In this document: positions 57,303-64,000 of the stretch, in pieces
How positions within the stretch are numbered: the stretch's first letter is position 1
Layout: every line of letters starts with the position of its first letter
NCBI GenBank assembly: GCA_963667175.2
Contig: CAXXXF010000015.1
Span: 800,001-864,000, forward strand
From: Candidatus Latescibacterota bacterium
GTDB lineage: Bacteria > Latescibacterota > UBA2968 > GCA-2709665
Direction: 5' to 3'
Length of the DNA stretch: 64,000 nt
Position numbers and translations under genes: made by a program
The notes under the pieces: generated by a model
Told to the model about the DNA's origin: nothing
What the model saw: only the letters and a program-made list of their open reading frames with translations
Databases searched by the model: none

Positions 57303-59609
57303 TCACAGGCTATAGCCGAGTGACAGCAGAAAGTTCCTGGGCGTTCCCGGCATGATCCGGTCACGACGCCATGCGTTCTGGTAGTACCCCACGTCGGTGA
57401 GGTTTTTCACGCTCAGATCCACTCTCAGGGTCTGCAGCCGGTAGGTGAGGGTGGCATCGACCCGCACGTAATCGTCAAGGAGGAAGTCATTGTTCAGATT
57501 GCCCTGGCGCTCTCCGGTATAGATCACGCCCAGTCCCACCGCCAGACCATTCGTATGGCGGTAGTTGCACCACAGACTGGCGCTGTGTACGGGCGTATTG
57601 TCGAGATGGTTGTCCTCCCACGCGGGGCGGTCGGCATCCCTTTCGATGCGCGCGTCCGCATACGCGTAGCTGGCGATAGCACGCAGTTGGGGGATCGGCT
57701 GCGCGGTCAGGTCGAGATCGAGGCCCCGGCTGCGCTGGCGCCCGATCTGAACGCGGTAAATGCGGTAGCGGGGATTGGTTTCGACGACGTTGGCGCGTGC
57801 CAGATCGTACAGCGCCAGCGTCGCGCTCAGGCGGTTGTCGGCATCGGTCCATCGTCCTCCCACCTCCAATTGCGCCGCCAACTCGGGGTCGACCGGTACG
57901 ACCATGTCCGGAGTGATCGGTGTGGCGTCGTCCTCCGGTTCATTGAGGATCTTCTCGCCCGACTTCGGCCTGAAAGAGCGGCTGTAGCTGGAGTAAAGGG
58001 AGAGACCACCACCGGGCTTGTAGACGACGCCCAGGCGCGGACTCAGACTGCCGTCACTGCGGTCGTGGGTTCTGTAGGAACCGCGCTGGTTCGTACGTTC
58101 GTCGAAATCGACCCCGTCATAGCGCAAGCCCCCCAGCAGAACCCATTGGTCGCCGAGTTCCACCAGGTCCTGCAGATACATGCCCCAACTGGTCTCTTCG
58201 CGTTCGCGGTTGCGGAAGAGGGCGAAATCCTGGGGAATGGTCAGTCCGTAGTACGGCTCCGGATCGTAGATGTCGATCTTCAGCGCGTCGGCATCCGCCG
58301 CTTCCGGCGTGCCCTCTCGATGGACCCGATCGCCAAGCACTTCACGCTCTTTGTAGAAGGAGAGCGCCACGCCCAACAACAGCGTATGCCGCAGAGGTCC
58401 CCGCTCCTGCTTGTAGCTCAGGTCGTGACGCATCGTGGTCTCGCGATAGAAGATCTCGTTGTCGTAAATGGCGCGATTGAGCAGGTTGGTGTCGCTTTCC
58501 GGATGTCCTGCGCCGCCTGGCAGGCCAACGACACCGCCCCGCATGGCTTCAACCGACATTTGCTCGCGATCCCACGTGGTCTTGTAGTGGCTGAGGGCCG
58601 ACGTGTGCGTCAGGCTGCGAGTCCAGTTCCGGGTAGCGCGCAGGGTGACCGCGCCGTTTCTCATGGTTTCCTTGTTGTAGAGCGGATCTCCGTAGAAGCG
58701 ATCGATGGGTACCGACGCAGGCTGGTCCAGGATCGCGACGATGCCGGCATCGGCCGTTCTCTCGTCGCGCAACAACTCCAGATTCAGTTCCAGGGCTGTC
58801 GATTGAGACCAGCCCCAGTAGACGGAAGGGTTGACGTACCAGCGATCCTGCTCGACGAAATCGCGGAAACTCTCCGCTGTCAATCGGGAGCCGTACAGCC
58901 TGTAAAGCACTCTTCCCTCGCTGTCGAGCGGACCGGACGCCGAAAATCGGGGGCTGACGTGGCCATAGCTGCCCGCGCTCAGGTGCAACTGGCGCGTGGA
59001 GGTTGTAGACGGCTGGGGGGTAATGGTGTTGATAATCCCCCCCGGCTCAATCGCGCCGTAGAGGATGGAGGCCGGGCCCTTGAGCACCTCCACCCGTTCG
59101 AGATTGCCCGGCTCAGCGGCAAACCGATTGTAGTACGGCACGCCATTGTGGTAGTAGTTGCGCCTGGGATCCAACCGGAAGCCGCGAATGACGAAATCTT
59201 CGGAGACTGCCGAATTCGTACCGCGACTGAAAACGCCGCTCACGTTCTTCAGGCCGTCCCAAAGGGTGGTGGCCTGCTGATCTTCGAGTACCTGTCTCTT
59301 GATCGTCAGAACGGATTGCGGTGTGTCTTCCAGCGGAATGGGAACCCCGAGAGCCGTGCCGCTGTGGGTGAAGGAATAGCCCGTATCAGGGTCGGCGGAG
59401 ACGACCAACTCAGGCAGGGTATACACCCTTGTTTCCTGCGAGGAATAGCCCGTGTCGGGTTTGGCGGAGACGACCGAGGCGGTCGCGACTGCTTCGTGTT
59501 CGGCCCAGGCGGGACTGCACAGGGGGCTGAGGATCACGGCCGCGGAAAAGGGAATGGTTCGAACTCTTGACGTGCTCAGCAACAACCAGAACTTCCGGAA
59601 CGCTTGCAT
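57303..59609 (-). CDS. TonB-dependent siderophore/metal receptor (FhuA/FhuE-like)
   Basis: RBS aggaggag, DTPQSV..I....LEDQ, NVSGV, IRGF, LERVEVLKGPASILYG..EPGG.IN, SPRLG.VY, Q.E.G, KNLTD..Y, PR.F. Confidence 0.92.
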   Translation of the reverse strand: MQAFRKFWLLLSTSRVRTIPFSAAVILSPLCSPAWAEHEAVATASVVSAKPDTGYSSQETRVYTLPELVVSADPDTGYSFTHSGTALGVPIPLEDTPQSVLTIKRQVLEDQQATTLWDGLKNVSGVFSRGTNSAVSEDFVIRGFRLDPRRNYYHNGVPYYNRFAAEPGNLERVEVLKGPASILYGAIEPGGIINTITPQPSTTSTRQLHLSAGSYGHVSPRFSASGPLDSEGRVLYRLYGSRLTAESFRDFVEQDRWYVNPSVYWGWSQSTALELNLELLRDERTADAGIVAILDQPASVPIDRFYGDPLYNKETMRNGAVTLRATRNWTRSLTHTSALSHYKTTWDREQMSVEAMRGGVVGLPGGAGHPESDTNLLNRAIYDNEIFYRETTMRHDLSYKQERGPLRHTLLLGVALSFYKEREVLGDRVHREGTPEAADADALKIDIYDPEPYYGLTIPQDFALFRNREREETSWGMYLQDLVELGDQWVLLGGLRYDGVDFDERTNQRGSYRTHDRSDGSLSPRLGVVYKPGGGLSLYSSYSRSFRPKSGEKILNEPEDDATPITPDMVVPVDPELAAQLEVGGRWTDADNRLSATLALYDLARANVVETNPRYRIYRVQIGRQRSRGLDLDLTAQPIPQLRAIASYAYADARIERDADRPAWEDNHLDNTPVHSASLWCNYRHTNGLAVGLGVIYTGERQGNLNNDFLLDDYVRVDATLTYRLQTLRVDLSVKNLTDVGYYQNAWRRDRIMPGTPRNFLLSLGYSL

Positions 59610-59646
59610 TTCTCCTCCTGTCGTGTGCGCGTATGCGCATGGGTTA

Positions 59647-59668
59647 TGATAATGAGCACTCATTATCA
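59647..59668. promoter_or_regulatory. Fur-family operator (proximal)
   Basis: TGATAATGAG-CA-CTCATTATCA palindrome about 40 nt upstream of the TBDR start. Confidence 0.8.
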
Positions 59669-59828
59669 ATTAGAAATAGAATTCACGATCACATCCGTAC
59701 CCTTCTTTCCATGATCGAGGGCACAGGATCACAAAGACAAGCGGATGTTCGGTCTCGCGGCCGACCGACCGTCCTGGCGGCCACCGGACATGGCAGGAGC
59801 GCACCCACCGGAAAGCCCGCTTCTAAAC

Positions 59829-59848
59829 GATAATGATAATTCATTATC
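59829..59848. promoter_or_regulatory. Fur-family operator (distal)
   Basis: GATAATGATAATTCATTATC, the classical 19-bp Fur box with one extra base. Confidence 0.8.
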
Positions 59849-59956
59849 ACTAAATAGGCAAGCGAAAATATCTGGAATACCGGCTGTGCGCAGCCCTTCG
59901 GGAAGAAGCGATTCTCAGCTATCGCGTCTTTCACCTGGAGGCCCCGTGGACCGGCG

Positions 59957-60982
59957 TCAGGCCGCCGGCTGGACCTCGAAGATGACCACCTTGCCATCTC
60001 GCTGTCCAACCGCCAGCTTGCCCCCACTGCGCCACCGCAAGCAACTTGCAGGTGATGAAAGCAGAAGCCCGCCAATGACCTTGTTGTGCTCCATGGGGTC
60101 CCACAAAAAGAGCGATCCATCCGCATCTGCCGATGCCAGCAACTTCCCATCGGGCTGAAAGACCAGCTGAGTCAGCTTGCTGGAATGCGCGTCGTACTGA
60201 CGTGGTTTCCGGCCCGCCGGCCCTTTCCCGCTGCAATCCCACAGACAAACCGATTCGCCGCCGCCGGTTGCCAGCCATCGCCCGCTGGAATCCCAACTCA
60301 ACTCGAGCACCTTGGTGGGGAAGCCCCACATCTGCGCGTCGTCGCCGGACTTCACATGCCAGAAATGGACCGTGGAATCCTGTTCCCCGGTTGCCATGTA
60401 CTTCGCGTCGGGACTCCATGCCAGGACAAGGCTCGAACCCTTCCAGGTGTACTTCCGCGGCCGACGCTGCCTGCCGGGCACATGCAGGGTGATCCCGTTG
60501 TAAGCAGCCGCGGCTACCCCGGATCCGTCAGGATTCCATCCTACGTCAGCGATTGTGCTTGCATGTTCAGAAGACTCATAGAAGGGCTCGCGTTCGTCGT
60601 TCCAAACCTTGAGATGCCGGCCGGCAGCCGTTGCCAGAACATTGCGACGAGGATTGTAAACCGCCCTGGCGACCCACGGATCGCCCGCGTGCAACTCGCG
60701 TAGAAGCCGCCCCGATTTCGCGTCCCAGGATTTCACCATCCCGTCGTGCCCGGCCGTGGCGAACTCCGTCCCGTCGGGACGCCAGGACAGCGAATTCGCG
60801 CCCCCGGCATGGTGGCCAAGGAGCCTGGGTTGTGCCGAATCGCCGTGGTCTTCGATCAGGGACACCGAACCTTCCACCGTCACCGCGGCCAGCCTGGACG
60901 CATCGGGAGACCAGGCGATATCGATGATATAGTCGTCCAACGCGACACACCAGGATTCCGCGAGCAGTCCCTCGTTCAGCAT
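59957..60982 (-). CDS. WD40-repeat protein associated with the COG0523 GTPase
   Basis: Repeated .AWSPD, LATAG.DG.VK.WD, ATG.QD.TVHFW, LASAD.DG.LFLWD. Confidence 0.88.
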   Translation of the reverse strand: MLNEGLLAESWCVALDDYIIDIAWSPDASRLAAVTVEGSVSLIEDHGDSAQPRLLGHHAGGANSLSWRPDGTEFATAGHDGMVKSWDAKSGRLLRELHAGDPWVARAVYNPRRNVLATAAGRHLKVWNDEREPFYESSEHASTIADVGWNPDGSGVAAAAYNGITLHVPGRQRRPRKYTWKGSSLVLAWSPDAKYMATGEQDSTVHFWHVKSGDDAQMWGFPTKVLELSWDSSGRWLATGGGESVCLWDCSGKGPAGRKPRQYDAHSSKLTQLVFQPDGKLLASADADGSLFLWDPMEHNKVIGGLLLSSPASCLRWRSGGKLAVGQRDGKVVIFEVQPAA

Positions 60983-60990
60983 AGAGAGAT

Positions 60991-62334
60991 CTACGCCAAG
61001 CATGCGCTGAACCCTGCATTGAGTGCCTCGCGATCCAGATTGCGACCGATAAAGATCAGCGAGTTGCTTCGCTCCCCCTCGCGCCACGGTCGATCCACGC
61101 GACCGTCGAACAGCATGTGAACGCCCTGGAACACATACCGTTTCTCTTCGCCGCCAAACGCCAATACGCCTTTCATGCGGAAGATGTCCGGACCCTGGTT
61201 GGCAAGCAGATCTTGTAACCAGCCTTCAAACTTCTTGAGATCCAGATCGCCTGGCGTGTTGATTGCCACCGACGTTACGTCTTCGTCATGCTCGTGGTCC
61301 GGCTTGTATTCGCGCGTGAACAGAGCTTCGACGCGATCGCCTTCTCCGTCGCTAACGAAAGCTTCGAACTCATCAGGATGATGCTCGGTGAATAGCGTGT
61401 AGGCGCCCGCCACCGGGGCTCGCAACACGTAAACCAATTCGTCTCCTTCAAGATCGATTTGGCTCAACTGCTCGCCCGGTTCGATCACCGCGCCGGATTG
61501 CAGGTCGATTTCATCGTCCGAGAAAACGAGCACCGCCTCTTCGACGGTGTCACGCATGGCCGACTCGGTCGCCGCCGAAGCGGACCGAAAACTCAATTTC
61601 ATCGCTGGGTCCGGGCCGGGCTTCAGCACCAATCGATGGTCGCCCGCTGGAAGGTCGAACAGACCACTCCATTCAAACGGATACTCGGGTTCCATGAATT
61701 TCGGATCGACGTCGAGAGCCCGATCCAGATCAAAACCACCGAGATTGAGCACCCTGTCCATGTCGATCGCTGCGTCGCGGGTGCGAAAAATCCTGGCCGC
61801 CGCGTTCATCGAGTGAATTCGGGATTCCAGTTGGTCAAGCTCGGCGGATGAAACCAGATCGACTTTGTTCAGTAGAATCACATCGGCGAACGCGATCTGC
61901 TCCCTCACTTCGTCGCTGTCGTCGATATGCAAGAGCACATGCTTGGAATCGACCAACGTAACGACGCCATCGAGGCTCAGTGCCTCGCGGAGCTCGTCAT
62001 CCATGAAGAACGTCTGCGCGACCGGCCCCGGATCAGCCATCCCGGTCGTCTCAATCATGATGTGGTCAAACCTGTCCCGACGTTTCATCAAATTGCCGAG
62101 GATGCGAATCAAGTCTCCCCGGACGGTGCAACAGATGCAGCCGTTGTTCATTTCGAAGATCTCTTCTTCAGCTCCGATCACCAGGTCGTTATCGACGCCA
62201 ATCTCACCGAATTCGTTTTCGATCACGGCAATTCGTTTGCCGTGGTTTTCGGATAGAATTCGATTGAGCAAGGTGGTCTTGCCGGATCCCAGGAATCCGG
62301 TGAGTACGGTTACGGGAACAGTCTCTTCCGTCAT
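60991..62334 (-). CDS. COG0523/CobW-family G3E GTPase metallochaperone
   Basis: [34 protein letters not shown]-terminal CobW_C domain (IFRMKG..FQGVH..IGRNLD). Confidence 0.93.
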   Translation of the reverse strand: MTEETVPVTVLTGFLGSGKTTLLNRILSENHGKRIAVIENEFGEIGVDNDLVIGAEEEIFEMNNGCICCTVRGDLIRILGNLMKRRDRFDHIMIETTGMADPGPVAQTFFMDDELREALSLDGVVTLVDSKHVLLHIDDSDEVREQIAFADVILLNKVDLVSSAELDQLESRIHSMNAAARIFRTRDAAIDMDRVLNLGGFDLDRALDVDPKFMEPEYPFEWSGLFDLPAGDHRLVLKPGPDPAMKLSFRSASAATESAMRDTVEEAVLVFSDDEIDLQSGAVIEPGEQLSQIDLEGDELVYVLRAPVAGAYTLFTEHHPDEFEAFVSDGEGDRVEALFTREYKPDHEHDEDVTSVAINTPGDLDLKKFEGWLQDLLANQGPDIFRMKGVLAFGGEEKRYVFQGVHMLFDGRVDRPWREGERSNSLIFIGRNLDREALNAGFSACLA

Positions 62335-62362
62335 TGTCTTTTCCTCCTCTGGTACTGGATGA

Positions 62363-62737
62363 CTATGAGCTGCAATTGCGGCATTGTCCATAGAGCGTGA
62401 TCTCGTGCCCTTCGACCTCGAAGCCCGGCGGCGCCAGTTTCTCGATACCCCCCGGACACCCGCTGATATCGAACGCTTCCTCGCACTCACGACAGAGAAA
62501 ATGGTGATGATGACTCCGGTTGGTCAGCTCGTAACGCGCGTCATTGACCCCCAGTTCCACGACCCGCACTTCACCGGCCTCTTGCAGGCGCCTGAGCTGC
62601 CGATAAACCGTCGCAATGCCCAGCGTCGGCACGATGCGGGATGCCAGGTCGAGGATTTCCCGGGGCCTGAGCGGGCCGGGGGCGTCGCGAACAACCCTCA
62701 CTATGGCGCTGCGTTGGCTGGTGCGTCTGTTGCTCAT
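62363..62737 (-). CDS. Fur-family transcriptional regulator (Zur/Fur-like)
   Basis: [33 protein letters not shown]. Confidence 0.9.
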   Translation of the reverse strand: MSNRRTSQRSAIVRVVRDAPGPLRPREILDLASRIVPTLGIATVYRQLRRLQEAGEVRVVELGVNDARYELTNRSHHHHFLCRECEEAFDISGCPGGIEKLAPPGFEVEGHEITLYGQCRNCSS

Positions 62738-62766
62738 GAGGAACCCTCCTGACAGCGGCGGCCGAT

Positions 62767-62871
62767 CAGCCCGTTGAAAAAGCCCATCCGGGCTGCCTGC
62801 CCGTGCGTGTACGCCTGCCTGCCAAGAAATCGCTGGCAGGCCTGCAGAGCGACTTCTTCAACGGACTGCTA
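62767..62871. mobile_element. MITE-like element, overlapping the 3' end of the upstream gene
   Basis: cagcccgttgaaaaagcccatccgggctgcctgcc...gcgacttcttcaacggactgcta, same family as 56382-56466. Confidence 0.7.
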
Positions 62872-63319
62872 TGGTGGGTGACTGCATGCAAACGGATTTC
62901 TCACCGGGTTCGGAAACAGCGAACCGTTCAAATCGGTGGCGATTCAGTTCAGCGGGCAATGCGAGCAAAACATCCGCGTCACGCGAGGCGACGGCCCAAT
63001 CCACGAACAGCTCGTATTGCCACTGTTCCTGGAGGCCGCCAAACCACTGTGTCCCCTGAGATGAGATCACACAAACGACATTGGCCAGATCGCACGGGCC
63101 AAGGCATCCGGAGATCGTCAGTTGCACCGACCTGGTGAGTCTCTCCTCTTTCCACTGTCGTTTGATCCAGTCGCGGGGGAACGGCTTGAACCCCTTGTCT
63201 GTGCGACCGCAGCAACAGCCTTCGCAGAACACGATCTGCCCGAGAACGCGGCTTCGTGGCGTAGCCAATGCTTCGTGTCTGCTGAGCGTTTCGTCGATGC
63301 GTTCAGTCTGAGCATTCAT
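62858..63319 (-). CDS. Thioredoxin-like (2Fe-2S) ferredoxin-domain, Cys-rich protein
   Basis: CEGCCCG and SGCLGPC..ANV motifs. Confidence 0.7.
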   Translation of the reverse strand: MNAQTERIDETLSRHEALATPRSRVLGQIVFCEGCCCGRTDKGFKPFPRDWIKRQWKEERLTRSVQLTISGCLGPCDLANVVCVISSQGTQWFGGLQEQWQYELFVDWAVASRDADVLLALPAELNRHRFERFAVSEPGEKSVCMQSPTIAVR

Positions 63320-63382
63320 GTGCGTGCCTTCTCTGGCCAGCTGGACGTGGGATCGGTTTGACGGATTTCAATTGGCTGGCCG

Positions 63383-64000
63383 TCAGAACGCCCTTTTTCT
63401 TGTGGCGAATTGCGATTGCTGGCTGAGCGCTTGAATCAGCGTTCCCAGATTGTGCTCGAACATCTTCTCGTAGCTGGTCGCCGGGCCGCCGCGTTCCGAG
63501 AGCGCGTCGGAGAACAGCCGGCCAGCGATCTGAATTCCGGTTTCGCGCGCGATCTGTTGAATCAGGGATGGGCTGGTGACGTTCTCAACGAACAGCGCGC
63601 CGGCGCCGACTTCCTTGAGGTGATCGATCAGCCTGGCGAGGTCCCGTGCCGACGGCTCGGCATCGGTGTCGATCCCGACCGGGGCCAGAAAGGTAAGCCC
63701 ATAGGCTGCCTCCATGTACCCAAAGGCGTCGTGGGCGGTCACGACGGTGCGCCGGTCGGCGGGCAGTCTCTTGAGTTGGTCGAGCGCACGGTTGTGCAAT
63801 TCCCTGAGTCTGGCAGTGTAGGCGCGGGCGTTGGCCCTGTAGGCTTCCGCATTCTTCGGATCGTATTCCGCCATGCTGTCCGCAATATTGGCGACGTACT
63901 TCATGCCGTTCGTGAGCGAATTCCAGGCATGCGGGTCGATTTCGCCGTCAACCTTCAAAGGCGTTATGCCATCCGTCGCGACGTACACTCTGGCTTTGGT
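63383..64000 (-). CDS. Zn/Mn ABC transporter solute-binding protein (ZnuA/MntC-like), 5' end outside the window
   Basis: DPHAW, DP.N...Y..N, T.HDAFGY, EPSA, F.E, L.SDAL, Y..M..HN. Confidence 0.9.
   Translation of the reverse strand, partial: TKARVYVATDGITPLKVDGEIDPHAWNSLTNGMKYVANIADSMAEYDPKNAEAYRANARAYTARLRELHNRALDQLKRLPADRRTVVTAHDAFGYMEAAYGLTFLAPVGIDTDAEPSARDLARLIDHLKEVGAGALFVENVTSPSLIQQIARETGIQIAGRLFSDALSERGGPATSYEKMFEHNLGTLIQALSQQSQFATRKRAF

Noticed and set aside
59372-59475. 35-bp direct repeat in the TBDR N-terminus (VVSA.PDTGYS twice)
   Set aside because: It is a small in-frame duplication near the TonB box with no evidence of wider significance.
59670-59828. Possible cobalamin or other riboswitch in the TBDR leader
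   Set aside because: No B12-box or other conserved aptamer motifs were recognised, and the Fur-type boxes already explain regulation.

Overview
A 64 kb, GC-rich bacterial chromosomal segment. The secreted cohesin/dockerin-like and FlgD-Ig proteins, eukaryote-like repeat proteins (LRR, ankyrin, TPR, WD40, FG-GAP), sulfatase and PhyH suggest a host-associated FCB-type lineage such as a Latescibacterota/Gemmatimonadota-like sponge symbiont; this is inference only. Housekeeping genes are polA, gltA, msrA, glpK, ilvD, an lpxH-like gene, TRAP genes and tmRNA (ssrA). Four accessory blocks lie among them. (i) A defence-like block at 4.4-14.8 kb holds a Type ISP-like single-polypeptide restriction-modification enzyme with an extra C-terminal domain, an overlapping papain-fold DUF7689-like gene, and a translationally coupled pair of STAND-like ATPases. 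(ii) A cluster at 14.9-20.6 kb encodes secreted Cache-dockerin, cohesin-dockerin-LRR and cohesin-FlgD proteins. (iii) A BrnTA module and an AT-rich NYN RNase gene with a divergent, promoter- and terminator-defined ~80-nt candidate small RNA. (iv) A Fur/Zur-type metal-uptake cluster downstream of ssrA. Intergenic DNA carries several families of dispersed repeats (MITE-like, REP-like, heptamer runs) and a 35-bp tripartite operator present twice. No CRISPR array, rRNA, standalone tRNA, integrase or intact transposase was seen. All family assignments come from motif recognition by eye, not from database searches.
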